From Psammoneis japonica (taxonomy: Eukaryota): a stretch of DNA of 64,000 nucleotides. The stretch lies in NCBI GenBank assembly GCA_008632985.1, contig QPGO01000027.1, positions 186,001 through 250,000 on the forward strand, read 5' to 3'. Position 1 is the stretch's first letter. Each line of letters starts with the position of its first letter. The notes under the pieces were generated by a model. The model made no database searches, was not told the DNA's origin, and was given only the letters and a program-made list of their open reading frames with translations. The translations under genes were made by a program, and so were the position numbers. This document shows positions 36,250 through 50,197 of this stretch, in pieces.

Positions 36250-39200
36250 ACTCTGCATGGGTGGAGACAGATGACATGGCTGACGAACATCCAATTGATG
36301 CCAGCAGATTGTTGGCAATTGGCATGGAAGTTGGTGGTGATTTAAATGGAAGTGACAAAGATGCATGCGATGGCATTTGAGCTCAACGCCTGCTGGATCT
36401 TGGATGTGAAGTTTGCACAATTGACAAGAGGATGCGCTGTGCTTCCTTGCCGAAGCACATAGAGTGCGATGTTCTAAGTTTGCACAGATCAGCGAAATGG
36501 AAGAGATCATCCAAAGGACAAAGCTCGATCACATTTGCTTTGACTGCGTGCAATCAAACCCGGCCTGTCTCTTGGCTTCAGTTCTAAAGGGACCTTTTTT
36601 CCAAGATGCACTCAGGGAGCTGCTGCGGTTGCTGACAGATGATGGGATGTTCTTCCTGCCTGTGTGCAATCTTGCGTTTTCCGAGTTTTGGATCGAATGG
36701 AAGAAACAACGCATGTCGGAAGAGTGCCCAACTCGCTTCTTGCGTGAAGAGCAAGCACACGACGAGGTCCCCATCCTTCGAGATGAGGCACAAGTGGACA
36801 TCTCTGCCTGCAGAAAGTTTTGTACAAGGGAAGAATGCATCAAGGATTGTGAGTTAAAACATGAAGAAGTGAGGTGGCTCACAGCAACAGATGAAGCTAC
36901 ATTGGCGCATTTTCCAGATTTCAGGGGTCCAGTCAAATGCATCGGATTAACTGGAAGAAGAAAGGACCCTTGCCATGTGCCAGTTTTCACCGGTGACAAC
37001 TGTGTGTGTTGTCCAACATGCAGTCTCAAGAGACACGAGCGCTTTCTGCGATGCCCACATTGCAGGCCAGTTCCCATCCGGAATGCTGTGCAGTTTGATC
37101 TTGACTACAAAGACGCACCTGACTCAGCATGTGGAATGAAAAACAGCAAGAAAACAAAGGAAGAATTTCTCCTCCAGCAAATCAAAAAGTGCAACTCCGA
37201 TCTTGTCAGCTGTTGGAGGCAGAAGGACCAACCAAATGGGGTGGGTGGAAAGAACTGGGGTTTGTCGTTAATGCATCCCAAAAGCATCAGCAAAAGTTCG
37301 AACAACAAAAGAGAACTCAAGCGAAAATTCTGCCTGAAACAACCTTGCCGGAAGTCCAACAAGCTGTCTGACACGTTCGACAATGACATTCCATTCATTG
37401 AAAAACCAGGCAGGGAGGGAACGAGGTGTTCCCTCATCATCCACTTCAAGCCACATGTGATGGCACATGGTGCTGTGGGTCCGAATGCTTTGAAGCAAAT
37501 GTGTCAGCACCTTCAAAGCAAGGCAGAGATTCTGCGTTCAGATGCTGACCACCCGTGCAGGGCAAGTGATCCAACTCGTCCATTTGTTTTGAACCTGGAT
37601 GCAATGGAGGGAATTGCCGACAATGCCGTCTTCAGGTCGTGCAAGTTTGACAAAAGAATTCTTGGATTGGGTTTGTCAATGCAGCTCAGAACCATTGTTG
37701 AACAGGGGCTGAGCAGTGGGTTGGCAAGAGAGTTTTTGCTTGCAGCAAAGTTTGACCATTCATTTCAAGGGACTGTTGCCAAAGATTTTGGCATGAATGG
37801 AGTGATTGCTCAAGGTTGGAGCTGCCATGGTGGATCAGGTGTTGCAAGGCCTGGAACAACAGAAAAGGAAAAAGACCTCTCTCCGAGATGCAGACAGTGG
37901 ATTTTGCAACTGACCGTGATTTTGATTCACATCATGTGCCAAAAAGCTTTGCAGGGAACACCAAGGTCTTCCCAAGGAGAAATGTTGGAGGAAAGACGAA
38001 GGTTGTCTGAGAAATGCCAAGTCTGGCTGGGTTGCCAGAACGATTGCAAGGTGTGTTAAAGCTCAATGAGGCAGGATCTCACATTGCCGGTTTTGCTTTC
38101 ACACACTTCGACGGGGAAAATGAGTGGGAATTCCTCTTGGATGAGGTTGGCAACAGTGTTGACTTCATTGATGATTGGCGGGATTACAACATTGGCAAAG
38201 ATTTGGTGGACAAGCTGAAAAGGCACTTGGTCCCCATCACCAACACCATGTTTGACCATCTGTCGTACAACAGAGAGATTGTCAGAATTCAGTTGCGAAA
38301 GCTGCTGTTCAAGACGGATTGTGAACATGCAAATGCCCTGTTTGAACAACTGGAATCCCCAACAGATGGCTTCAACCTTTCCACTGTGGAGAACAAAGAT
38401 GATGTTCAGTGCACTGCCCAGCATGTCAGGGATCACCTAAAGCGATTTGACAGTGGCAACCACAAAGGCATGTTGGGATTGCTTGTTGACGAAGGCAAAG
38501 ACAGAGACCTCCTCCTGGGATTGATCACCCACATCTGGTTCAATTTCACATTTCACCATGAGGGGCACGTCACTTTTCACCATGGAGACGAATTTGCGGC
38601 ATTTGTGGGTGTGGAATTCAATGGTGCACCTCTTGTTTCTCTTGTTGCATTGAGAGAATCTGTGAAACCCGAAAACCAAGAAAAAATCTGTGAAAACTTT
38701 AATGCAGAAAAATGAGATGGGATTGTTGCATTGCCGGCTGGTGTCGATGACGAAGCAATTGAAGAACAACGGTGACATGAGCAGAATGACGTGTTCAACA
38801 TTACAGAGATTTCAACACATGGATCCTTTGTTGACCAACATTGAGGAGATGCGAATCTACTGTGTGTTCATTTCCAGTCAATTTGATGTTCTGCGGGCAA
38901 AGGACACCATTGGAAGTCACGAATCTGCTGGGGAACATTTGTTTTGTTGCGAAGCCAGGAAGAACAAACCACCAAAGCAGTGGCTGCCAAGCACAAGGTT
39001 GGGTGATGTGTGTGCAGCTTTGACGATCCAATCGGCTTCCGTCATGGGACAAATCCCCCCTCAAAATGCAGCAGTGGTGCGCATGTCCAAGGGTGATTCT
39101 GGATTTCATCTGTTTGTCAACATGTGTGTTGTCGGGAAAGAAGCACACGCGAGAGGCGAATGGATCTCCTCATTGAAGGCAAGGGAAGTTGTTCAAAATG

Positions 39201-39559
39201 CAATTGAAGTTGCAAGAAAAAATGGCAGAAGACCAACTTGGGCCAAATGTGACCAACTGGGCTGCAGGGAATGTCGATCGATGAACAACAAGTTGTGCAA
39301 GGATCCACACCACCTCGTGTCGAGCGATCGAGGTGTGTCACCCGTTCGCTCTCTAGAACATTTGAGTGAGTCAACAAGCGGTTTGTGGCCTGATGAATCA
39401 GAACACAGGATTGAACACTTTGCTTGTGATCAATGGCATGATTTGTCAACTCATGTCGATGTTTGCTCTCATGTCAAGTCAAAGCATGACTTGACAAAGC
39501 AGAAGGGTTTGTTCCAATTCCAAGAATCGAAACTGAGCAGGACCAACCAGTGCTTTTAG
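36250..39559 (+). pseudogene. Long uncharacterised cargo ORF(s), fragmented, containing a CxxC-x9-CxxC finger
   Basis: ORF pieces 36464-38059, 38014-38715 and 38690-39559 are mirrored in the right arm (42221-44721). Contains CPTCSLKRHERFLRCPHC. No family recognised. Confidence 0.4.
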
Positions 39560-39814
39560 ACATGTTGGCATGCCATTGCTCTTCAATGCACTTGCTGATG
39601 GAAGGAGCAACATTGCTCTTCAACGCACTTGCTGATGGAAGGAGCAACAATGAGTGGCACCAACAGATGCTGTCAGATGGGTTGACACACCTTTTGCAGC
39701 AAACTCGTTGTGAACATTTCCTTTTTCCCAAGGTGCGTTGTCGTTTCTCTTTGTCTTGCTTCCTGCATTCATCTGGATGAAGCTGGATCACTTTGTTGGA
39801 CAGGAAACAATTTG

Positions 39815-41250
39815 TGTTTGTTTTGCCGGTTTGTTCATTGGATGGTTCAACGGGCTCAGTGTCCTCATCGTCGGGTTCACTTTCTGACGATTTGGTCAGT
39901 TGTTCATCTTGTTGCTTCTTTCCTTTAAAGCCATCAGCCGTCTTTTTCTTTTTGCTGTCAAAGGATGGATCACACCTTTTTTCCAGCAGTTTTCTGCCAG
40001 CGTGTGTGTGACCAATGATTGCAAGTGCCAGAAGCTTTCCCATCTTCTCGTCACACGTGAGTTGACCAAGTGTGGAAAGTCCCCCGTTAACTTGAATTCG
40101 CGGGTGGTCACTTCTCTGACCTGGACGACAATGGGATGTGCAGAATGGCTCAGATGCAATCCGGTCACACTCCTCTTTCTGTTTGGCAGACATCTCTCCG
40201 ATGATTGCCTCCATCATTTGAGGGACAATGCCGCCTCCAATGCATGCATTGTGTCAGCAACGGTCATGCCAAATGCACCACATGGGTTGTTGCCCATGTC
40301 AAGTGGAAAGCAAGCATTGTCCACCGCGTGCTGTCCAAACACTTTTCTCAAAATTTTGGAGCATGCAGTCATTCGGCAAATGAGCGATGAAGCCAGCTCA
40401 GTCTCAGCCTTTTTTTTTGATGTCATTGTACGATGTTTCTGGGAAACGCTTTCAACATGCTGGTGCCAACGGCTGTTGTCATCCTCTGGATCCGGACCCA
40501 ATGCAGCTGCAGTGAGCAACTCCATGAAAGCTTGGTCAAAGAATTGGCAGACATGGAGGGGATCATCAGAACGGTGGGAGGGCACATGGCAGTTGTGAGA
40601 CAACCTCTCGGTCTTGCTTTGGCCCATGACTCTTCCACAAATGCGTTCTTGATTGAGGATGTCCCCCAACAGGGAGTTGCAATGCATCACAGCTCTGACA
40701 CAGCAGTGTTGAGTGCCTGTCATTGCATGAACAATGGGTGGATTTGCCTGGCAATGAAGCAGACCACAGAGAACCTCCTTGAGAATGCAGTGACAGTTGG
40801 CAACAACAAGGCACCCAAGCTTGTCTTTCTTGTCTTTCCTGTCCAAATTGGGCATGAGTCCAAGTGGACGCCAACAACGGCAGTCACGGCGTGCATCCTC
40901 TCGAATCATGGCAAGTGAGCACATTGCAGGCTCCATCCCGCGAGGATTGACTGCATCAACTCCGGTCTTGTCTGAGGGATCAACAAGGTGAACGTGAAAA
41001 TCAGAGGCCGTTTCCTTGGCATTGGAGCAATGTTGTTGCCACTCGCCATCACCCATGTCTTGACTTTGACATTGGGTGCAGACAATTTCTTGGACCAACT
41101 CGTTGTTCGTTTGCATGACATGGCAGTTCTTGAGAAGGCACACAGCCTTCTCATCCCTTCCACGGTTGGACAGGCGAGCGTAAATTCCTCTGAAGAAAAA
41201 TTGATGCACCCCTTGTTTGTTGTGAACAGAACCACACGAACTTGCCATCA
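39815..41250 (-). pseudogene. Plavaka/CMC-like transposase, central catalytic region
   Basis: SDKTG....EPAMCSL....R....WRPLGLMP...H.IL..VL..L...LGD..NQERICGR...P.GAFG.TVADTMHALE...D......PR.....GLS.L..LT.DEK.G.L, the motif succession typical of Plavaka transposases. Confidence 0.65.
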
Positions 41251-41269
41251 GTGTTCAGGCAGCAACAAG

Positions 41270-41900
41270 ATCCGTGTCATCCCGGAAACTGCAGAATTGG
41301 ACTCTGCCCTGCTTCAGTTTTTGTTGTCGCCAACAGAGGAACTTTCCGCCAACCGTGATGAAGCAGTTGTTTGCTCGGAGTTTGCCATGCCAGAGAAAGG
41401 GATTTTAATGTGTGGACACCCCAATTACAACAACAATGGGTTGTGGCACGACACACCCAGGGTCTTGTACAAAGAGGGAGCCGGTCAGAAAAAAAGGCAC
41501 CCGTTTGTGCTCCGTGGTTTTGTGTCAGCTGATGACGGAACAATGCCGCTTGCTGCAGGAGAGTCATGCAAGGAACAGACGAAGACGTTGCGTGACAAGT
41601 CTTCCAACAGTGTGGTTGAGCACTGGGAACTTAAAACAACAACTGTTGGTCATGGCAGAGAGTCTCAGACGATCCCAAAATTTCGGCATGCCAGCAGAGA
41701 CGCAATGGCAGCGGGTGGTTTCTCTGTCCTTGTTCCTGACAACTGCAATGAAGACAACGTTGAAGCGTTGGGACACTGAACTCAATGTTGTTTGTTGCAG
41801 ACAGACACAATGACTGGCCAAATTATTTCCTGTCCAACAAAGTGATCCAGCTTCATCCAGATGAACGCAGGAAGCAAGACAAAGAGAAACGACAATGCAC
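41270..41900 (+). pseudogene. Plavaka-like transposase C-terminal region running into the right arm
   Basis: MCGHPNYNNNGLWHD (cf. R.HPNY...G.WYD), P..LRGFV and DR.NDWPNYFL. Confidence 0.55.
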
Positions 41901-44900
41901 CCCTTGGGAAAAAGGAAACGTTCACAACGAGTTTGCTGCAAAAGGTGTGTCAACCCATCTGACAGCATCTGTTGGTGCCACTCATTGTTGCTCCTTCCAT
42001 CAGCAAGTGCGTTGAAGAGCAATGTTGCTCCTTCTATCAGCAAGTGCATTGAAGAGCAATGGCATGCCAACATGTCTAAAAGCACTGGTCAGTCCCGCTC
42101 AGTTTCGATTCTTGGAATTGGAACAAACCCTTCTGCTTCATCAAGTCATGCTTTGACTTGACACAAGAGCAAACATCAACATGAGTTGACAAATCATGCC
42201 ATTGATCAAAAATGAAATGTTCAATCCTGTGCTCTGATTCGTCGGGCCACAAACCGCTTGTCGACCCACTCGAATGTTCCAGAGAGCAAAACGGGTGACA
42301 CACCCTGATCGCTCAACACAAGGTGGTGTGGATCCTTGCGCAACTTGTTGTTCATCGATCGACATTCCCTGCAGCCCAGTTGGTCACATTTGGCCCAAGT
42401 TGGTCTTCTGCCATTTTTTCTTGCAACTTCAATTGCATTTTGAACAACTTCCCTTGCCTTCAACAAGGAGATCCGTTCGCCTCTCTCGTGTGCTTCTTTC
42501 CCGACAACACACATGTCAACAAACAGATGAAATCCAGAATCACCCTTGGACATGCGCGCCACTGCTGCATTTTGAGGGGGGATTTGTCCCATGACGGAAG
42601 CCAATTGGATTGTCAAAGCCCCACGCACATTGGCCAACCTTGTGCTTGGCAGCCACTGCTTTGGCAGTTCGTTCTTCCTGGCTTCGCGACAAAACAAAAG
42701 TTCCCCAGCAGATTCGTGACTTCCATTGGTGTCCTTTGCCTGCAGAACATCAAATTGACTGGAAATGAATGCACAGTGGATTCGCATCTCCTTGATGTTG
42801 GTCAAAGAAGGATCCATGCATTGAAATCTCTGTAACGTTGAACATGTCATTCTGCTCATGTCACCGTTGTTCTTCAATTGCTTCATCATTGACACCAATC
42901 GGTGGTGCAACAATCCCATCTCATTTTTCTGCAACAAAGTTTTCATAGATTCTTGGTTTTCGGGTTTCACAGATTCTCTCAATGCAACAAGAGCAACAAG
43001 AGGTGCACCATTGAATTCCACACCCACAAATGCGGCAAATTCGTCTCCATGGTGAAAAGCAATGCACCCCTCACAGTGGAATGTGAAATTGAACCAGCTG
43101 TGGGCGATTGATCCCAGGAGGAGGTCTCTGTCTTTGCCTTCGTCAACAAGCAATCCCAACATGCCTTTGTGGTCACCACTGTCAAATCGCTGCAGGTGAT
43201 CCCTGACATGCTGGGTCACGCACTGAACGTCATCTTTGTTCTCCATGGTGGAAAGGTTGAAGCTGTCTGTCGGGGATTCCAGTTGTTCAAATGGGGCATT
43301 TGCATGTTCACAATCCATCTTGAACAGCAGCTTTCGTAACTGAATTCCAACAATCTCTCGGTTGTACGACAGATGGCCAAACGTTGTGTTGGTGATGGGG
43401 ACCGAATGCCTTTTCAGCTTGTCCACCAAATCTTTGCCAATGTTGTAATCCCACCAATCATCAATGAAGACAACACCGTTGCCAATGTCATCCAAGAGGA
43501 ATTCCCACTCATTTTCCCTGTCGAAGTGTGTGAAAGCAAAACCGGCAATGTGAGATCCCGCCTCATTGAGCTTCAACACACCTTGCAATCTTCCTTGGTT
43601 TTCTTGCTGTTTTTAACCCCACATGCTGAGTCAGGCACATCTTTGCAGTCAAGATCAAACTGCACAGCATTCCGGATGGGAACTGGCCTGCAATGTGGGC
43701 ATCACAGAAAACGCTCGTGTCTCTTGAGACTGCATGTTGGACAATGCACACAGTCATCACCAGTGAAAACTGGTGCATGACAAGGGTCCTTTCTTCTTCT
43801 GGTTAATCCGATGCATTTGACTGGACCCCCAAAATCTAGAAAATGCACCAGTGTAGCTTCATCTGTTGCTGTGAGCCATTTCACTTCTTTGTGTTTTAAC
43901 TCATGATCCTCAATGCATTCTTCCCTTGTACAAAACTTTCCGCAGGCAGAGATGTCTGCTTGTGCCTCGTCTCGAAGGATGGGGACCTCATCGTGTGCTT
44001 GTTCTTCACACAGGAACCAAATTGGGTGCTCTTCCGACATGTGTTGTTTCTTCCATTTGATCCAAAACTTGGAAAATGCAAGATTGCACGCAGGCAGGAA
44101 GAACATCCCATCATCCGTCAGCAACCGCAGCAGCTCCCTGAGTGCATCTTGGAAAAAAGGTCCCTTTGGAACTGAAGCCGAGAGATGGGCCAGATTTGAA
44201 TGCACGCAGTCAAAGCAAATGTGATCGAACTTTGTCTCTTTGGATGATCTCTTCCACTCCGCTGATCTGTGCAAACTTAGAACATTGCACTCCATGTGCT
44301 TTGGCGAGGAAGCACAGCGCATCCTCTTGTCAATTGTGTGAACGTCACATCCAAGATCCTGCAGGCATTGAGTTTGAATGCCATCGCGTGCATCTTTGTC
44401 ACTTCCATTTAAATCACCACCAACTTCCATGCCAATTGCCAACAATCTGCCAGCATCAATTGGATGTTTGTCAGCCATGTCATCTGTCTCCGCCCATGTG
44501 GAGTCATTGTCGTTGTTGTGGGTGGCCTCCTGATTGGAGTCGACACCAGTGGCAATCGTTTGACTTTGAGCTTTGCTTTCATTCTGGGAGACATCAACAT
44601 GCACTTTGTCAGGTTGGGAACAGATGGGAAAGGGAAGCAGTGTGACAGATGAAATCCCTTGCCGGCGAAACATCTTTGCTGTCTGCAACAGTAAAAATTT
44701 GTTGTTTGTCATCCATGACATCTGTCTCCGCCCATGTCATGTCATTGTCGTCGTCATTGGCACCCTCCACACACGAATCAACACCAGTTGCAATCGCTGG
44801 ACTTTTGGCATGGCTGTCATTCTAGGAAACATCAACAATGATTTTGTCAGGTGAGAAACAGATGGAAATTGGAGGCAGTGTGCAAGATGCAATCCCTCGC

Positions 44901-46332
44901 CTGTGCCGCCACAGATCTTTTGCATTTTTTGTTTTGGAAGTGGCGAGCATCAATGATTTTTTTGCATGCCTTTTTTTTCTTTCGTTGAGCCAGCTCTGGC
45001 AGGGCTGCCTCCTTCAAAGCCAATCTAACGCAGCTTGGGTGCACCGGCCATTTTGCAAATTCACCAAGGTGGTTTGGGTTGCATGCATTGCTCTTCCCAC
45101 TGCTCTCGAACATAAAGATTTTCGCATCAAACATCATCAGCACAATGCCGCGGACCAAGTGATCTGTCAAACCCCTTTTTTTGAGTGACAAACAAACATG
45201 ACCGCATTCATTTGCCCAACATGTGGGAGAATGACACAGCCTCAATTTGGTGTCAAGGCTGTTTTCTATGCCAAACGGGGCCAGATGCACCGGCGGGAGA
45301 CAACAGCCAGATGGATCATTGGTCAACGCTGCAGGTTGAGTCAGGTGGAATGTCATCATGAGAGAAGTGCAATGCATCGGACGAAAAAGAGATTTGTCGG
45401 TTCCATTTTGGCAACGTGGCCTAGCAGGTGAGGGATTGGGTGGCATTCTTTGGGGTGGGATCATTTTGAGGTGGTTGTTTTGCAAAGGGAATGACAAGGC
45501 TGTGGAGGACAAGAGACAGAGTTGCCCAAATGTCATCTGTTCACTGCTCAACATGAGTTGATCAGCGACTTGGACAAGATTCGGGAGAATGTGGTTTGCT
45601 GCGGGAGATGCACTTTGTGTCACGACACTGTGCAGGCCAGCATTGAGTGCACACACAAAAAAGTGATGCCAAAGCCATTTGTTGGCAGACACATGTGTTG
45701 GTGAAAAACTGACACCAAATTCTTCTGTCAACAAATGTGTTTGACAACAGAAAGATGATGCCAAATTACTTTGTTGACACACAGTTGTGACAATAAAAAA
45801 CTGACACCAAATTGCTGTGTTGACAGACAGGTGCATTGCCAAAAAAGAAATGCCTGTCATTTGCAATTGTTCATTGCACACAAAATTCCAAAAGAGACAG
45901 TTTGTGGTGCGGAATGAACGGTGGATGGCAGCTGTTCCTTTGTGTCTGCCGCTGTGGCAATGTGAAAACATCTCACAAGATCACCAACAGGACAGTGTGC
46001 AACAAAATTGTTTTCCATGCTTTTGAAATGGCTGGGATGACCCATTCAATGAGATCATGCAGCAAACAGGATCAACGAAGATCACATCACACGGGACTGT
46101 CTACAAAAAAAACGTCTGTGGTGCACCCGACAGACAGACTGCCGTTGTCTGCACATCACACGGGACGTCCGTGGTGCACACAACAGATGGACTGCCGTTG
46201 GCAACACACATTTGGCAAAACAGCCATTTTTGTTGCACAGCAATGGATGTGGACTTTTGCTTGATTGTTTCTGTTCCACTTAAAGAAAAAGACTGGGTGC
46301 CATTTAATTGGGCAGAACAGGCATTTTCAGAG

Positions 46333-47103
46333 AATGGCACGCAAGTGTTCTGTGAACGGATGCCAGAAATTTGCCCACTGGCTGACAACGTCATGCCAGA
46401 AACATGGCAAGTTGCCAACTCAACTGGGTGAAATGAAATCTCATGTCGTCAAGAACAAGATGGCCGGGTCCAAAGAAAGAGTGAACCAGGAAAGAAAAAA
46501 AGGCCACTTGCAAAAATTCAAAACACCACTGCCCCTGCTCAACCAGATGACAACACTGGCAAACAAGGCACCAAGCAGCAAGGGAGAGAAGGAAGGACAC
46601 CGTTTTGTCGGTGAGTTTGCCAGCAACAAAAAGGACAAGGCGGAAGGCATTGGGTTGGCAGAAAAAAGTTGGAGTCAATTCCTGGCTTTCCCCTGGCAGG
46701 TGATTTGTGCAGAAAGACATCCCGGCACACAGCAGCAAACGCTCCTGCTTCAAGTTCAAGATCAAACTTCTGGTCAAAGGGGGAAATTCATCGCAATTGT
46801 GTGGAAACCAAATTGTTGCCTGGTGACAAAATTTTCACCATGTTTCTGTTCCTCGATGACACAATGGAGCACAATGGTGCAGTTGAGATGTGGCCGGACA
46901 GTTGTGAGGTGACATTGAATGAGAAGGAACGTGAAAGACACTTGGTTGGGTTGGGTTTGGAAAAACAATTGCTGGTTGGAGAAGCAGGCACTGCATTTGT
47001 TTTTGATGCAAGAATGTTGCACCGAGCTTTGCCTGACAAAACGAACTCGGATCGAAGGAACATGGCATGTCTGGTCCACAATTTTGACATGGCAAGCATG
47101 TGA
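46333..47103 (+). pseudogene. PhyH-like dioxygenase, right-arm copy (frameshifted)
   Basis: Inverted copy of 33638-34410; includes FVFDARMLHRALPDKTNSDRR. Confidence 0.7.
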
Positions 47104-47339
47104 ACACAGTGACCGTGTGAACAATTGGGTGTTGGAATGCAAAACCAGCAAAGCAGCAAGTTAACGCAGGTGAAAAGTGGGTTTGTGTAAAGGGCCAATC
47201 AACAATGCATTGCTTGCACAGACGAAAGTTGCATTGCAAACAAAGGGGAATTGCAAAGTCACCCACTTTTGGCAGGCTTGAATTTGCATTTGATGTCAGA
47301 CCCCAGGTCGTTCAAAGTGGAATGCCTTGTCTCCACGGC

Positions 47340-47960
47340 TCCATCTCTTTTCTTGGTGTGCTTGTGAAGCAGGTGCCTGTCAACACCACCTCTCCACGAC
47401 AGATCATCTGGACAGGCAGGAACAAAGAATGCTTCATGCCTCCATTTGTGGGCATGCACACAAAACATCACATCCAGTGAAATGACAACAGCACCTTCAG
47501 GACACTCGTTGGACAGCATCTCCTCGAGTTGGTTCTGTGTCGCGTTGTTGTCAAAAAGCACTCGCCCATTGCAGTTGTTGAAGAAAATCTTTAAGTTGTT
47601 CAGACGGCACAACCGATGCACAGCATCATCTTCAGAGAGGAAGTCCTGATTGATCAGGGTGGGAAAGCGGCTGGCATTGTCATGCCATGTGGCATTGCAC
47701 CACTGAGAGCCCAGATCATGACGGGGATGGTGGAACTCAATGCTGCAGGCATTGCAGGCAGGAACAAGCAAACGACAGGCAATCGCAAAACCGTCAACAC
47801 CACCACCAACGTCAAGGAAATTAAAACGGCTTCAAATTTGTGCCGCAAAGAGAGCGGGGTTACAAATGACCTCGGCGGAGAAGGCAAAGCTTGCCGCACC
47901 ACCGTGTGATTCCACACCACCACCAGCAAAACGACCAATTTGATCATCAATTGGTGGCAT
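47340..47960 (-). pseudogene. DOT1-like methyltransferase, right-arm copy (no MITE)
   Basis: Inverted copy of 32333-33440; includes NQDFL, KIFFNN and PEGAVVISLD. Confidence 0.6.
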
Positions 47961-48679
47961 GTGATTGCAACAGAGGGAACACGCGTTCCTGCAACGGGAA
48001 CAACTCACAACAAGCATGTCTTGGTGACAACAACACACTTCAGTGGCCATTGAAAGTGGATTGGATAATTTGGGCAACAGAGAGAGCAGTTGGAGAGATG
48101 TGGTGTCGGGAAGCAGAGAGAATGACCTGTTAAGACAGGGACAACAAATGGGAGGTTTGACGCGACTCAATGTGCCAAATGAAGCAGATGTTGTGTCAGG
48201 AAGCAGGCGCAATGCGCAAATTAACATGAGGAGACATGATGTGTTGTTTGGCATTGATCCAAATGACATTGCAATCTTCATTGGTGCACTGGATTGGCCA
48301 ACAAAGGTGCACAATTCAAAACAGTGAAACGTTGACAGAAATGCAAATGTGGGGTTGGGAATGAGCACTCAAAAATGATGCAAAGACCTGTTCAAATCAA
48401 GAGAGGACACGCGAGCAACGACAAAACCGAGAAAATCACATGCAAAGTGCGTTCATTTTGCAACCCACCTCTTTCATAAAGCGACAGGAAAGGACGGAAG
48501 TTCCAAATGAGAGGAAGCCATTGGGAAGGTAAAAAAAATGGAGGACACGGTTCTCACAGGAGCAATGGAGGGAGGAAGTGTAACTTCCAGCGGCAAGTGA
48601 GGTTGAGAAAGGACATGACAAAGAGTTGCTGATGAACCAACACAATTGTTGGATGTGTCTGTGTGGTGTCACATGAAGT

Positions 48680-49781
48680 CACCATGAGTCCTGCGGTGGC
48701 GGCTTGTTGCATGCAAAAGAACGAACATGGGATTGACAGATTCCAGGGCAGGTGGGGATCAAGTCGGTGGTGACTCCAAGAGGGATGTCTTGTGTTGGAT
48801 CGTGCACCGGCGGGGGGCAAGAAATTGATGGCATTGATGTTGACAAAGGTCATCAATGAGTGTGTTTGGCCATGTCGCAAGTTCATGATCTTCGATCATG
48901 AACTTGCCGTGGGAGGAGATTGCATGAAATTGGTTCTGCAGGAGCCAAGGAGCATGGCGTCTTCACCGGAGAAGTTCTGGGAAGAATGCAAAGAGGTGTT
49001 CAGGACCAAACTCAACCGAAAGAGGAACAATGTGCAGGACAACATTGGGAGGAGAATGACAGGCAAGCAGATGTGTGCGTGCCGTTGACTGTGTTGGAGG
49101 CGATTGTCCAACGGGATGAGTGTCGCTTCCTTTGCTTTTGTCTGTGTGGTTGCTGCTTTAGAGGGATCACTGGTGGGTTGCAAAGATTTGATAAAGGGAA
49201 GAAATGACAAGGACACATGCGCATGGTTCTTGGAAACTGTGGTGCCTGCGGTGGTGGGACAAGTGCAGTTTGGTGGAAGCACAACCAACATGCTTCAGGA
49301 ATGGCTTTCCATTTCGTCGGAGGCGTTTGCTCTGCTGGTGCACTTGAACCACTGCAACAAGGTGAAGGACATGGCAGAGAAATTGGAAAAGGAAGAAAAT
49401 GTTGCAAGGAGAAGAAAACCAACTGTGAAAGACACTGCTCCTGCAAAGCACACAGCGCAGGCGGCGGGGGAATTGGCAAAGAGGAGCCAAGGATGGAGCA
49501 AGGAGGGGATCAAGAAGCACAATGATCTGTGTCAGTGGGTGGTGAAAGACAGAGAGAACAACCAGGGATTCGGTGCATGGTTCAAGGAGAGAAGGCAAGA
49601 GAAGACAAACTTGTCTCAGGAGGAAAACAAGAAATGCAAAAGAGAGGAAAAAAGAAAGGAGAGAGAGGAAGGATGGGCGGCGCCGATGGGAGAGGACCTG
49701 CCATTGCAGGCAGTGGCTGCAGGCAACGGAGCGGCAGCAAACACCGCATTGGCCACCAACCAAACTGGTGTGCAAACGTAA
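48680..49781 (+). pseudogene. Transposon accessory ORF, right-arm copy
   Basis: Inverted copy of 30656-31591; includes SEAFALLV and GWSKEGIKK. Confidence 0.55.
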
Positions 49782-50197
49782 TTTGAAACAAACAATAAAA
49801 TCCAGACAAGCGAAAATTAAAAAAAAAATTTGCAATGCGGTTTAGATGCAAGAACGTGTGGCAATTGGGAATTTGGATTAGAAAACGAGACAGCAAAGAG
49901 ATAAAATGTAGGACGAGTTGGTGGAAAAGGAGGGTGGATTACAAGCAGCAACATTTGTGTTAAAAGAACGAGAAACCCCAAATGTCAATTGGGGTGGAGG
50001 TCAGCATCATGTGAAAAGAATGACCACACTTAAAAGTGAGAAGCGATTTGGGTTTTAGAAGCTTGTAAACTCACACAGTTCTCATGTTATGTTTAAGGAG
50101 AGAATTGGCTTGTAAGTTGACAACAATCTGGCATTAAAGTCAAGAAATGCCCAGATTGTGGCAGACGGTCAGACCCAGATTGCTGGCGTCCCAGATG

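Larger units (their letters stand above)
30001..50197. mobile_element. ~20 kb palindromic CACTA/Plavaka-like DNA transposon derivative (two inverted 3' halves)
   Basis: Left arm 30054-39814 is the reverse complement of right arm 41819-50197, apart from indels and transitions. The left end CACTGCAAAGAA at 30001 resembles an En/Spm CACTACAA terminus and is followed by subterminal (A/C)ATCTGG repeats. Transposase fragments lie in the spacer. Confidence 0.8.

Noticed and set aside
30054..50197. Assembly artefact (read fold-back) or Polinton/Maverick with long TIRs
   Set aside because: The arms differ by many substitutions, a MITE and a large deletion, so they are not a duplicated read. No pPolB, integrase, packaging ATPase or capsid motifs are seen.
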